A DNA stretch of 64,000 nt from a virus (lineage: Duplodnaviria > Caudoviricetes), in IMG/VR virus record IMGVR_UViG_3300028920_000071, positions 1,138-65,137 of that record; one strand, 5' to 3'. A program made the position numbers and the translations under genes. The notes beneath the pieces were generated by a model, which was not told the DNA's origin, did not search any database, and was given only the letters and a program-made list of their open reading frames with translations. This document shows, piece by piece, positions 8,135 to 17,934 of this stretch (position 1 is the stretch's first letter; each line of letters starts with the position of its first letter).

Positions 8135-11100
8135 ATGTCTTACAAAGACGCTGCATATTACAATGGTTCTAATGATTTTTTCAGGAACGTAGGGGCATAT
8201 GGTACTGATTCAAAACAATGGACAGTATCACTATGGTTCAAGCGTGATGGTAATACAGGTGTAGATAATAGACTGTTAGGTAATAATGCACGAGCAACAA
8301 TAAAGTTAGATTCCACAGATAAAATAGAGGTTCTTGGTAGAAGTTCAGACGGAACTTTAATTCTTCAGTTATTGACTTCTGCTACATATACCGATTCTGA
8401 TTGGCATCATTTTATGATGTCTGTTGATATGTCTGATACAAACAAAAGGCATATGTATGTTGACGGTGAAGAACAGTTGAACGCTCCAACTTTTACTGAT
8501 GACACAATTGATCTTGCATATCTGAATTACTATGTTGGAACAACTCCAGCACAAACTGATGATTTCAAAGGATATTTATCAGAAGTTTGGGATGGTCATG
8601 GAATATACGTTGACCTATCTCAAGAATCTAATAGAGATTTATTTTATAATGGTGGTAAAGCTCCAATTTCTGCTGGTGAAGGATTATCAACACCTCTTGT
8701 TTATTTTGAGTGGAATGGTACTGATAATAATGGAACTGGAGCAAATTTAACATCTGGTGGACCTCCAACACTATCTGCTGGTGGAGGACCCGAAGAAGAA
8801 GATGCAGAATCAAGTTCCTCATCAGAAAGTTCTAGTTCAGAATCAAGTTCCTCATCAGAAAGTTCTAGTTCAGAATCAAGCAGTTCAGAGTCTTCAGAAA
8901 GTTCTAGTTCTGAATCAAGTTCTAGTTCTGGAGAACCAGAACCATATCCAGATTGGGATTATACAGCAACAATAGCTTTTGATACATCATCAACTGGTGC
9001 AAACATATCAGCTGATGTTGGACCTTTTCCTGTTCTTATTCGATTAACAAGTGCCAATGCCGACTTTGTATTTAGTGCAACACAAGAAGATGGAGCAGAT
9101 TTAAGATTTGCTACAACCGAAGGTACAGAGTTAAACCTTGAAATTGAACATTATTCAAGTTCTGCTTCAACTGGAATTGTTTGGGTAAGAGTACCAACGG
9201 TTAGTGGTAATTCTACCACACAGAATATTAAAATGTATTATGGAAATAGTGCTTGTTCGACCTCATCAGATGGGCCTTCAACCTTTAGAGCGGAAGATGG
9301 ATTTGTAAGAGTCTTCCACATGAACGATAATGCCAATAATACGAATGTTGCTGATTCTGTAAGCGGTGGACCTAATGATGCTACCATGAATGAAGATACC
9401 AACTTACATGATGTGACTGGTCATATTTATGGTGCTTTGGAGTTCGATGGCGTTGATGATAAAATTAACTGTGGTAGTAGTGCCGATATTGATGATATGG
9501 CTAATGTTCAATGGTCATCTTGGGTATACATGCGTTCAGATGGATTGGCTGGTGGTAGAATATTGGACAAAGCTGGTGCAGCTACTTCAGGTCCAGCATG
9601 GGCATCATTATTTACACCTTCAAATGGTGGACTTAGACTATATGCTCCCTGTGATACAGGCAATGTTGAAAGATTTTCTACTGATGCAGGAACACCAGCA
9701 TTTAATGTTTGGTCTCTTATTACTGTAACATGGACAAGAAGTGATCAGTTTTCTGGTATACATTTATATACTAGTGCTGTAGAGGTATCATATGGTACAG
9801 AAACAAATGGTTCTGGTGGAGTTGCTACTGATGCTGGTAACAATTTATGTATTGGAAATAATGATGGAGGATCAAGAACATGGGATGGATACATTGATGA
9901 AGTAAGAATTGAATCAAGTCTCCGTTCAGACTCTTGGAGAAAGTTATGTTATGAAAACCAAAAGACGGATGATACATTAATAGCATCAATAACACAAGAT
10001 GAAGAAGATGAATCTTCAAGTTCTGAATCAAGTAGTTCAAGTGAGTCTAGTTCAAGTTCAGAATCAAGCTCATCATCCGAGAGTTCATCATCAGAGTCAA
10101 GTTCTTCTAGTGAGTCTAGTTCAAGTTCGGAATCAAGTAGTTCAAGTGAGTCTAGTTCTTCTGAGTCAAGCAGTTCTAGTGAATCAAGCTCATCATCCGA
10201 GAGTTCATCATCAGAGTCAAGTTCTTCTAGTGAGTCTAGTTCTAGTGAGTCAAGCAGTAGTTCAGAATCAAGTTCTAGTTCTGAGTCGTCAAGTTCAGAA
10301 TCAAGTTCTAGTTCTGAGTCGTCAAGTTCAGAATCAAGTAGCTCTTCAGAATCAAGTTCTAGTTCTGAGTCATCAAGTTCAGAATCAAGCAGTAGTTCTG
10401 AATCAAGTTCTAGTGAGTCAAGTAGTAGTTCAGAATCAAGTTCATCATCAGAGTCATCTAGTTCATCTGAATCAAGTTCTAGTTCTGAAAGTTCAAGTTC
10501 AGAATCAAGTTCATCATCAGAGTCATCTAGTTCATCTGAATCAAGTTCTAGTTCTGAATCAAGTTTATCTAGTGAGTCAAGTACAAGTGAATCTAGTTCA
10601 TCATCAGAATCTAGTTCATCTAGTGAGTCAAGTTCAAGTGAGTCTAGTTCATCTGAATCAAGTTCTAGTGAATCTAGCTCATCATCCGAGAGTTCATCAT
10701 CAGAGTCAAGCTCATCATCAGAGTCTAGTTCATCTGAATCAAGTTCTAGTGAATCTAGCTCATCATCCGAGAGTTCATCATCAGAGTCAAGTTCTTCTAG
10801 TGAGTCTAGTTCAAGTGAATCAAGCAGTAGTTCTGAATCAAGTTCTAGTAGTGAGTCAAGCAGTAGTTCTGAAAGTTCAAGTTCAGAATCAAGTAGCTCT
10901 TCTGAGTCAAGCTCATCATCAGAGTCTAGTTCAAGTGAATCAAGTAGTAGTTCTGAAAGTTCAAGTTCAGAATCTAGTTCATCTAGTGAATCAAGTTCAA
11001 GTAGTGAGTCAAGTTCATCTAGTGAGTCAAGTTCAAGTAGCGAATCAAGTAGTTCAAGTGAATCAAGTAGTAGTTCTGAAAGTTCAAGTTCAGAATCTAG

Positions 11101-11224
11101 TTCATCTAGTGAATCAAGTTCAAGTAGTGAATCAAGTTCATCTAGTGAGTCAAGCAGTTCAGAGGAACCTGAACATACTGTAGGTAGAGGAATGTATAGA
11201 GGAATTGGGAGAGGAATATTATAA
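8135..11224 (+). CDS. Large adhesin-like virion protein: LamG/ConA-like + DUF2341-like + LamG domains + ~380-aa Ser/Glu repeat
   Basis: LamG hallmarks (WTVSLWFKR, DSDWHH, GALEFDGVDD, WDGYIDEVRI); DUF2341-like FPVLIRL...DGADLRF...VWVRVP; poly(ESSSS); basic C-terminus GRGMYRGIGRGIL. Confidence 0.8.
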   Translation: MSYKDAAYYNGSNDFFRNVGAYGTDSKQWTVSLWFKRDGNTGVDNRLLGNNARATIKLDSTDKIEVLGRSSDGTLILQLLTSATYTDSDWHHFMMSVDMSDTNKRHMYVDGEEQLNAPTFTDDTIDLAYLNYYVGTTPAQTDDFKGYLSEVWDGHGIYVDLSQESNRDLFYNGGKAPISAGEGLSTPLVYFEWNGTDNNGTGANLTSGGPPTLSAGGGPEEEDAESSSSSESSSSESSSSSESSSSESSSSESSESSSSESSSSSGEPEPYPDWDYTATIAFDTSSTGANISADVGPFPVLIRLTSANADFVFSATQEDGADLRFATTEGTELNLEIEHYSSSASTGIVWVRVPTVSGNSTTQNIKMYYGNSACSTSSDGPSTFRAEDGFVRVFHMNDNANNTNVADSVSGGPNDATMNEDTNLHDVTGHIYGALEFDGVDDKINCGSSADIDDMANVQWSSWVYMRSDGLAGGRILDKAGAATSGPAWASLFTPSNGGLRLYAPCDTGNVERFSTDAGTPAFNVWSLITVTWTRSDQFSGIHLYTSAVEVSYGTETNGSGGVATDAGNNLCIGNNDGGSRTWDGYIDEVRIESSLRSDSWRKLCYENQKTDDTLIASITQDEEDESSSSESSSSSESSSSSESSSSSESSSSESSSSSESSSSSESSSSSESSSSESSSSSESSSSSESSSSESSSSSESSSSESSSSSESSSSSESSSSESSSSSESSSSESSSSSESSSSSESSSSESSSSSESSSSESSSSSESSSSSESSSSSESSSSSESSSSESSSSSESSSSSESSSSSESSLSSESSTSESSSSSESSSSSESSSSESSSSESSSSESSSSSESSSSESSSSSESSSSESSSSESSSSSESSSSESSSSSESSSSESSSSSESSSSSESSSSSESSSSESSSSSESSSSSESSSSESSSSSESSSSESSSSSESSSSSESSSSSESSSSSESSSSSESSSSSESSSSESSSSSESSSSSESSSSSESSSSEEPEHTVGRGMYRGIGRGIL
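8807..8929 (+). repeat. Short Ser/Glu coding repeat (linker)
   Basis: Degenerate GAATCAAGTTC... units encoding ESSSS(S). Confidence 0.9.
10010..11161 (+). repeat. ~1.15-kb coding tandem repeat of 15/18-nt units encoding E-S4/E-S5
   Basis: Synonymously diversified units with higher-order exact duplications, e.g. the blocks starting at 10061 and 10181, and at about 10928 and 11051. Confidence 0.95.
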
Positions 11225-11259
11225 AATATAGGTAATTTAAAATACATTTAGTTGAATAT

Positions 11260-11267
11260 TATAAATA
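11260..11267 (+). promoter_or_regulatory. T4-type late promoter TATAAATA
   Basis: Intergenic consensus; context TATTATAAATATAATTA is nearly identical to that at 44020. Confidence 0.7.
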
Positions 11268-11311
11268 TAATTAGGTAAATAATATAATATTGTATAAAGG
11301 GAAATTAAAAC

Positions 11312-11869
11312 ATGGAACTATTTCGTAAGAAAAATCAAGCAACTACATTAGTTTTTCCATTATTATCAGCTAGTTCAGATGGATATTATACACAATCAAC
11401 ATGGGCAGGAATGACAAATCAGTTAATATCAGCTTATTCATGGAGTGATTCTGTAACATTACCAAACTCAACTACAATTAGTGGAACACCACAACAACTA
11501 GGATCAACAGGAGAATGGAGCCTCTCGGCAACAGCTAGTGAAATGAATCCTAACTCTGGTAATGATGACTATATGGTTATTAAGTTGAATGCTGATGAAA
11601 TCAAGGAACAAACAATATTAGTTATACTTTCAGATTATTCTATACAAGAATCTATAACAGTTAGTAATATAACATCCGCCGCCGTTCAAGATATTCTTTC
11701 TGGAACTGTAGATACAAAAACATTATCAGACATATTTACAATTCTCCTTGCCGATGCTGTTGGTAATGTTAATAGAGTTAATCAAGTATTTACATATTAT
11801 AAACAGGATGGAACAACTGTTGCATTCCAAAACACTTCTACAAGTCTTACAAGAAGAAGGACTGACTAA
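11312..11869 (+). CDS. Putative virion structural protein (S/T-rich)
   Basis: Late promoter, S/T-rich beta composition, translationally coupled to gp14. Confidence 0.55.
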   Translation: MELFRKKNQATTLVFPLLSASSDGYYTQSTWAGMTNQLISAYSWSDSVTLPNSTTISGTPQQLGSTGEWSLSATASEMNPNSGNDDYMVIKLNADEIKEQTILVILSDYSIQESITVSNITSAAVQDILSGTVDTKTLSDIFTILLADAVGNVNRVNQVFTYYKQDGTTVAFQNTSTSLTRRRTD

Positions 11870-12651
11870 TGGCAGAAGTAATTACAAATGCTGACTATAT
11901 TAGTATATTTACAAATGGTTGGTTCGAAATTCAAGAACAAATACCAGCACCTACTAGTACGTCCGGTTACTATAGAGAATATAGTGATATGCCATCTTGG
12001 ATTACAAAATGCACAGGGCCTAGATATAATAATGAAAGAGAACTATATGACTTAATGATAACTGAAGTCTATAACCAGAGAGGTGTTTGTGTTACATATT
12101 ATGCTGTAACTTATGACCAAAACTATGATAGAATATGGGGCGAAGATAACGATAGAAGATTTTCAAGAAAATTTGATATTATGGTTTTCTATATGTTGCC
12201 AAGAGAAGAAAAGTTGTGGACTAAATTTGGTATAGATGGTATGGATCAATTTAGTATGTATGCTTCTAAAAGACATTTTAGAACAGCATCTCAATACGAC
12301 TGGGAAGGTGTTTCAGCTTCAGCCCACGATGCATATATACCAAAAATTGGTGATATAATAATGGCAGACTATAATCAATTTATTTATGAAGTAGTTGAAG
12401 TTAAAGAAGAAATAGGAATGTATTTGCTGTCTAAACAACATGTATGGGAGTTAATAGTGAAACCATTCAGAGACGAAAAAATCGAAGTTCCAGCAGAACT
12501 CTCTGGAACTATGCCAGAAATGGAAAGCCAGGTTAATAGAAAATCAGACAGATTCGATACAAATTCAAATGTCGATACAAGAAAAGTTCCAATAAAATAT
12601 CAACCACCATCAAATGAGAAACCAAGTAATAACCCTTGGGCAAATTGGTGA
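11869..12651 (+). CDS. gp14: Neck/head-completion protein, T4 gp14-like
   Basis: E..LY..+I.E.....G....Y......D.IWGED....F...F.I.......E...+KFG+...D......SK..F...P..GD+I pattern of gp14. Confidence 0.85.
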   Translation: MAEVITNADYISIFTNGWFEIQEQIPAPTSTSGYYREYSDMPSWITKCTGPRYNNERELYDLMITEVYNQRGVCVTYYAVTYDQNYDRIWGEDNDRRFSRKFDIMVFYMLPREEKLWTKFGIDGMDQFSMYASKRHFRTASQYDWEGVSASAHDAYIPKIGDIIMADYNQFIYEVVEVKEEIGMYLLSKQHVWELIVKPFRDEKIEVPAELSGTMPEMESQVNRKSDRFDTNSNVDTRKVPIKYQPPSNEKPSNNPWANW

Positions 12652-12726
12652 AAAAAACCTTGAATAAAATGATATAATAGTCGGAAAAATAGAAATAACT
12701 ATTTAAATTAGTTAAAGGAGAATAAA

Positions 12727-12924
12727 ATGAAAATAACAGGCGCAACAATTTTAGATAATAATGGTAACACGGTGGAAACTGGTGCTACTATTACATCTAT
12801 AGAAATTAACGGAAGCACAGTCTATATTTCTTATGTAGATGGTTCAAACAATCTTAAAGCATCTAAAGCATATTTGACTTCAGCGGGTGTTACATTAGCA
12901 ACAGGTTGTACAGTAGTTTCATAA
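12727..12924 (+). CDS. Small hypothetical beta-rich protein (possible decoration)
   Basis: AAGGAG SD, 65 aa, T/S/G-rich. Confidence 0.55.
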   Translation: MKITGATILDNNGNTVETGATITSIEINGSTVYISYVDGSNNLKASKAYLTSAGVTLATGCTVVS

Positions 12925-12925
12925 T

Positions 12926-13345
12926 ATGGCAAGTCTTGAGCATAAAAGAAATGTAGATACCATTCTACTTTATATGCTTATTAAGAAATTAGTTCTTCCA
13001 ATTGTAAGAACAAAAGCTTATAAGCTTAAGCTAGTTAATGCCGCTGGTAAGATAATTAAAGACCCTCAGACTAAAACTGAACTAGCAGCCTTAACGCCAT
13101 TGGATAGGTTTGTCTTTAAACTTAAAAGATTATTGGGAGGTAGATTAGTAAACCTTCATAAGTTTTTATATACACAAACATTACATAATGATTTTTACAA
13201 TAAACTAATCGTTAAAGGAACTGTAGAGCAACGCTCTGAAATAAGAAGAATTAAGAAAGACGTTAAAATGAAACTAGAAAATAATAATATAAATATAGAT
13301 GATATACTACTGTTATTAGAAGACTACGGAGATAACGATGAATAA
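12926..13345 (+). CDS. Conserved T4-like hypothetical protein
   Basis: IKKLVLP..RTKAYKLKLVNAAGK...ALTPLDRFVFKLKRLL resembles a widespread T4-superfamily ORF (LVTPF..T.AYKLGIID..G). Confidence 0.65.
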   Translation: MASLEHKRNVDTILLYMLIKKLVLPIVRTKAYKLKLVNAAGKIIKDPQTKTELAALTPLDRFVFKLKRLLGGRLVNLHKFLYTQTLHNDFYNKLIVKGTVEQRSEIRRIKKDVKMKLENNNINIDDILLLLEDYGDNDE

Positions 13346-14159
13346 AGAAATTAGAGAATATTTAAATGATTCTTTGAAAGAACTTATAGAAGAAGAAGAT
13401 GCTGAAGTTATTAGAAAAGGCGCAGCCGCTTATGATGCTGGTTTAGATGCCGAAAATAGAAAATTACAAAAACTTAAAAGAGAAGTTGGTTTAATTAACA
13501 AAATGACTAAATCTGGACGAGCTAAAGTTAAAGAATTGGAATATCAACAAGCAAAAGTTAATAAAATGAAAGCTAAGTCACCAGAAGAAAAAGAAGCAGA
13601 AATGAGTAAGAAATTGGGATATTCGGCATCAATGAATGTCAAAGAAGATAATCAACCAACTGCAGGTATGTCATTAGATCCTTCATATCCATCAGTTCAA
13701 AGTCCTGGAGCAGCTAGAAATACATCAAATGCAATTAGTTATAGATTTGGATATAGACAAGGACCCAGAAAACCATATGAAATAACAGAAGAAGATATAA
13801 TGAATGCAAAAAGAATTGCAGAAGAACTAGGATATGATATTACAACTGAAGAAGCAAATGAAATTATTAAAACAATATATGAAGAAAATTCTGGAATAGA
13901 TCTTGAGCAATCAATTATAAACTATTTTGAAAAAAATGAAATGAGTACGGGTGGAATAACAACTGCAAGTGTCGGAGGTCAGTTCGCTGCTAAACTTGGT
14001 GAGAAACCAAATTATGATACTCTGGGAAAATATAAACCCGATTCATCATATTTATTTAAAAGAACTAGAGTTTCCAGTAAAAAGAAGAAAAAGAAGAAGA
14101 AGAAAAAGAAGAACGAATCTATAAATGTGAACAATTATATTGACAAACTATTTGAATAG
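13338..14159 (+). CDS. Hypothetical protein with poly-Lys tract (probable internal head protein)
   Basis: SSKKKKKKKKKKKNES tract; several (I/L)-x-E sites. Confidence 0.6.
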   Translation: MNKEIREYLNDSLKELIEEEDAEVIRKGAAAYDAGLDAENRKLQKLKREVGLINKMTKSGRAKVKELEYQQAKVNKMKAKSPEEKEAEMSKKLGYSASMNVKEDNQPTAGMSLDPSYPSVQSPGAARNTSNAISYRFGYRQGPRKPYEITEEDIMNAKRIAEELGYDITTEEANEIIKTIYEENSGIDLEQSIINYFEKNEMSTGGITTASVGGQFAAKLGEKPNYDTLGKYKPDSSYLFKRTRVSSKKKKKKKKKKKNESINVNNYIDKLFE

Positions 14160-14168
14160 AGTTTTAAA

Positions 14169-14981
14169 ATGTTAATTTCAAATAAAGTTAAAATTAAACT
14201 TATAGGTAATATGAAATATTGGGAAAATAGAGGATATAAATTACCAAAATCTTTAGATAATTGGAATAGAATGACAGTTAAAAGAGGTTCTAGTATTTTA
14301 GTTGACGTAAACGATTTACCACCTAGATCATCAGTTTTAGTTGATAGAAAATGTGATAATTGTGGAAAAATAGATAAAGTTTATTGGTATGAATATAATG
14401 ATATTAAGAATAATAGGACTAGAGATATTTGTACTAAATGTAGTAATATATTAAATCCCAAAAATATTAAATATAATTTAGATGATATTAAAGAAATTTT
14501 TAAAAAAGAAGGATGTAAATTATTAAGTAATAAATATAAAAGAAATGATGAATTATTAAAATATCGATGCTCGTGTGGTAATATATCTAAAATAAGATTG
14601 GCTAATTTTTTATTAGGTCAAAGGTGTGGGTGTGATAGGTCTAAAGGGGAAAAAGTAATTAAAAATTGGTTAATAAATAATAATATTAAATATATTTCAC
14701 AAAAAAGATTTAATGATTGTAGAGATATAAGACCGTTATCTTTTGATTTTTATTTATCAAATTATAATACTTGTATTGAATATGATGGCAAGCAACATTT
14801 TAAACCAGTTAGGTTTAATGGAATGAATTTAAAAGAAGCAAGATTACAATTTAACGAAACTGTTAAAAAAGATAAAATTAAGAATAATTATTGTAAATAT
14901 AAAAATATTGATTTAATCAGAATACCATATTGGAATATAAATATAGTTGATAAATTACTTGAAAAGGAGATTAACAAATGA
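14169..14981 (+). CDS. Free-standing homing endonuclease, Zn-ribbon + PD-(D/E)xK/DUF559-like domain
   Basis: CxxC pairs; C-terminal SKGE...FDFYL..YNTCIEYDGKQH...DKIKNNYC...LIRIPY; much more AT-rich than its neighbours. Confidence 0.8.
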   Translation: MLISNKVKIKLIGNMKYWENRGYKLPKSLDNWNRMTVKRGSSILVDVNDLPPRSSVLVDRKCDNCGKIDKVYWYEYNDIKNNRTRDICTKCSNILNPKNIKYNLDDIKEIFKKEGCKLLSNKYKRNDELLKYRCSCGNISKIRLANFLLGQRCGCDRSKGEKVIKNWLINNNIKYISQKRFNDCRDIRPLSFDFYLSNYNTCIEYDGKQHFKPVRFNGMNLKEARLQFNETVKKDKIKNNYCKYKNIDLIRIPYWNINIVDKLLEKEINK

Positions 14982-16801
14982 GCCTTCTCGACCGCGTTTT
15001 CCAGTTCAACCCATTCGCAAAATTCTTTAGAACCGCTCGTGGTGGTGAAGAAAGAATTGACCAAGAGCAAATTCAAAACTCTGTTGGTGTCAGCCAAGAA
15101 CAAATCGACTTATATAATTATATTAACTATGATTATCTAATGTCGCCGGGTTCGGCTGTAACTTACATTGGAATTTCTTTTGAACAATACTTTGCAAACA
15201 AACATGGAAGAATACAAAAATATAAAGAGATGGCACTCTTCCCAGAAGTTTCTGATGGACTTGATGCCGTTTGTGACGAAGCTGTAGTCAACGATGATGA
15301 AAATGATATTGTTGACCTTGATGTTATTGAAGAAATGCCAACTCATGTTGAAGAAGAAGTTAGAGATATTTGGGATTATCTTGTCAGCACGGTTTTTGCT
15401 TTTAATGAAAGAGGATGGGATTTATTCAGAAAATGGCTTATAGAAGCAGAACTATATATCGAATTAATTCTTAACGAAGAAGGTAACAATATAATAGGAA
15501 TAAAGGTTCTGCCCGCACATACAATGATGCCAGTCTATCAAGAAAATAAAATCGCTGGATACATGCAGACTAAGATTGGTAACCCAAACGCACAAGATGT
15601 TAGACAACAACAACAAGGAAGTATAGTCTTTGATAAAGACCAGATTTCATATGTTAACTATGGTCTTTATGGCGCAAACATGCTTGATGTAAGAGGTTAT
15701 CTTGAATCAGCAATTCGAACTTATAATCAGTTAAAAAATCTTGAAGATGCTCTTGTTGTTTATAGACTTGTTCGCGCACCTGAAAGAAGAGTGTGGAATG
15801 TTGCTATTGGTAGAATGCCAAAAGGAAAAGCAGAAGAATATCTTAAAGGTCTTATTCAGAGATATAGAAAGAAAATTATATACAATGCCGATAGTGGTGA
15901 AATAGATTCAACAATGAACATTCAGTCACTTACCGAAGACTTCTGGTTCACAAGAAATGAAAATGGTGAGGGAACAACAGTTGAAACTATCGGTGGTGGA
16001 ATGCAACTTGGTGAACTTAACGACATAAACTATTTCTTACAGAAACTTTACAAGACTCTTAAACTGCCTCGTTCCCGTTGGGAAGAACCGACTACAGCAA
16101 TGTATTCAAGTGGTAAGTCAGGTGAAATATTAAGAGAAGAAATTAAGTTTTCTAATTTTGTGAAAAGACTTCAGAATAGATTTAAATATATTCTTCTTGA
16201 CCCTTTCATTACATTGTTAAGACTTAGAGGAATAGAAGAAAGATATATTGATGAGGACTATTTCAAAGTTAAATTTACTGAATCTAATCTATTCAGAGAA
16301 TATAAAGAGTTTGAATTAGTTGAAGCAAAGATGGGAGTTCTTGCATCAATCTCAACATATATTTATGACAAGAATAATAATCCTGGTGGATTATTCTCAA
16401 AAGAATTTGCACTTAGAAAATTCTTTAAAATGGATGATGATGACTATATTGAAAACCAAAAATTGATAAAGAAAGAAGAAATGCAAACACCTACAGCCGC
16501 TGCACCTGGTGCTGAACTTGGAGGTGGATTTGGCGGAGCCGAAATGGGTGGAGGCGAATTTGGAGCCGGACCTGAAATGGCCGGAGCTGGTGGCATGGAA
16601 GCAGGAATGGAAGCCGGTGGAGAAGCACCTCCAGCACCTGAAACGGGAGCCGAAGCCGCCGCCGCGCCAGCTGAATCAACTCAATATAGAAATAAAAATA
16701 ATGGAAGACATGGTAAACAAACTAGTCTTTTTGATGACTGGCAAGATGCTGATAAAAATATTAAAGATAGGTTTAATAAAGACATTGACTTAATTAAGTA
16801 A
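14978..16801 (+). CDS. gp20: Portal protein, T4 gp20-like
   Basis: YKEMALFPEV...FRKW.....Y...YLESAIR..NQLKNLEDALVVYRLVRAPERRV...GRMPKGKAEEY...EDFW...REEIKF. Confidence 0.97.
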   Translation: MSLLDRVFQFNPFAKFFRTARGGEERIDQEQIQNSVGVSQEQIDLYNYINYDYLMSPGSAVTYIGISFEQYFANKHGRIQKYKEMALFPEVSDGLDAVCDEAVVNDDENDIVDLDVIEEMPTHVEEEVRDIWDYLVSTVFAFNERGWDLFRKWLIEAELYIELILNEEGNNIIGIKVLPAHTMMPVYQENKIAGYMQTKIGNPNAQDVRQQQQGSIVFDKDQISYVNYGLYGANMLDVRGYLESAIRTYNQLKNLEDALVVYRLVRAPERRVWNVAIGRMPKGKAEEYLKGLIQRYRKKIIYNADSGEIDSTMNIQSLTEDFWFTRNENGEGTTVETIGGGMQLGELNDINYFLQKLYKTLKLPRSRWEEPTTAMYSSGKSGEILREEIKFSNFVKRLQNRFKYILLDPFITLLRLRGIEERYIDEDYFKVKFTESNLFREYKEFELVEAKMGVLASISTYIYDKNNNPGGLFSKEFALRKFFKMDDDDYIENQKLIKKEEMQTPTAAAPGAELGGGFGGAEMGGGEFGAGPEMAGAGGMEAGMEAGGEAPPAPETGAEAAAAPAESTQYRNKNNGRHGKQTSLFDDWQDADKNIKDRFNKDIDLIK

Positions 16802-16851
16802 GAAAATAATAAATAGTTATAAGTCTAAAATTTTAACATAGAGAGGTTTTT

Positions 16852-17037
16852 ATGGAATCAATTATTAAAAGAGTTCTTAAAGATGAGTGGCCTTCAGTAC
16901 AGGCAGACGTTGAAAAACTCGCAGCTGATAAGGTTAAAGCAAGAATTGAAGATAAGAAAACAGACGTTCTTGCAAATCTTAATGGGGTTGATGTTGATAA
17001 GATGAAAGAGATTACATCAATTAAAAACGAGGAGTAA
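16852..17037 (+). CDS. Small prohead core protein (position of T4 gp67/gp68)
   Basis: GAGG SD, charged helical 61 aa between portal and protease. Confidence 0.55.
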   Translation: MESIIKRVLKDEWPSVQADVEKLAADKVKARIEDKKTDVLANLNGVDVDKMKEITSIKNEE

Positions 17038-17042
17038 ATAAA

Positions 17043-17816
17043 ATGAAATTACTCAGAGAATTCATTGACTTCAGAGATCTTGAAGTTATTAAAGAAGACA
17101 TAGAGGTTGATGGAAAGAAACAAAAAGCATACTATCTTGAAGGCATCATGCTTCAAGCAGGTGTTAAAAATAGGAATGGTAGAATTTATCCTCACGAAAT
17201 TCTTGTTAGAGAAGTTGGAAACTATTGTAAAGAAAAGGTTTCTAACAACCTTGCAGTTGGAACTTTAGACCATGGCGAGACTCCAAACATAGATTTAGAT
17301 AGGATTTCACATGTTATCGTTTCATTAAAGATGGAGGGTGACAATGGTAAAGGAAAAGCAAGATTGCTTGATACACCATGTGGAAGAATAGCTAAAGCTC
17401 TTGTTGATGAGGGCATCGTTCTTGGTATGTCAACTAGAGGTGTTGGATCTCTTGAAAATGACATGGTTAAGGAAGATTTTCAACTTATCTCTATAGACTT
17501 GGTTAACAACCCTTCAGCACCCAAAGCATTTGTACATTCAGTTGTTGAGAATACAGATTGGATTCTTAAGGGTTCAAAGTGGGTTTGTTCCGATGGAACA
17601 TGCAGACTTGTAAGAGATAATCAGGTAAAGAAGGAGTTGAATGAGGAAAATACCGAGAAGAAAGTTATTGAAAAAGTGAAAAAGCAGGTTAAAAAAGATA
17701 ACTTAGTTGAGAAGGCTGTTAAGGAGTTAAAGGAAGATGTCGATAAAAATGCTAGTTCAAAATTAATGTTAGAGCATATGACTAATTTCTTAAACAAGTT
17801 AAATGGCAAAAAGTAA
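17043..17816 (+). CDS. gp21: Prohead protease, T4 gp21-like
   Basis: MKLLRE, YLEGIMLQA..KNRNGRIYP, GTLDH, RISH, LDTPCG, GMSTRGVGSL, DLVNNPSAP.AFV. Confidence 0.95.
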   Translation: MKLLREFIDFRDLEVIKEDIEVDGKKQKAYYLEGIMLQAGVKNRNGRIYPHEILVREVGNYCKEKVSNNLAVGTLDHGETPNIDLDRISHVIVSLKMEGDNGKGKARLLDTPCGRIAKALVDEGIVLGMSTRGVGSLENDMVKEDFQLISIDLVNNPSAPKAFVHSVVENTDWILKGSKWVCSDGTCRLVRDNQVKKELNEENTEKKVIEKVKKQVKKDNLVEKAVKELKEDVDKNASSKLMLEHMTNFLNKLNGKK

Positions 17817-17886
17817 TTGAAAAATAAAGGGATAACTAGTAAAAAACCAATTGAATTTTTTTATTGATTTTTTATAAGGTTAAAAA

Positions 17887-17894
17887 TATAAATA
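17887..17894 (+). promoter_or_regulatory. T4-type late promoter TATAAATA
   Basis: Consensus 40 nt upstream of gp22, the classic location. Confidence 0.75.
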
Positions 17895-17934
17895 TAAGTA
17901 ATTGATAAAGTCTTAATTAGAAGGAGATTTAATT

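Noticed and set aside
10010-11161. Possible CRISPR array or non-coding satellite
   Set aside because: No constant repeat with unique spacers; variation is synonymous and in frame, so it is a coding repeat.
9949-11247. 432-aa minus-strand and 394-aa alternate-frame ORFs over the Ser repeat
   Set aside because: Shadow frames of the low-complexity ES repeat; no SD or independent features.
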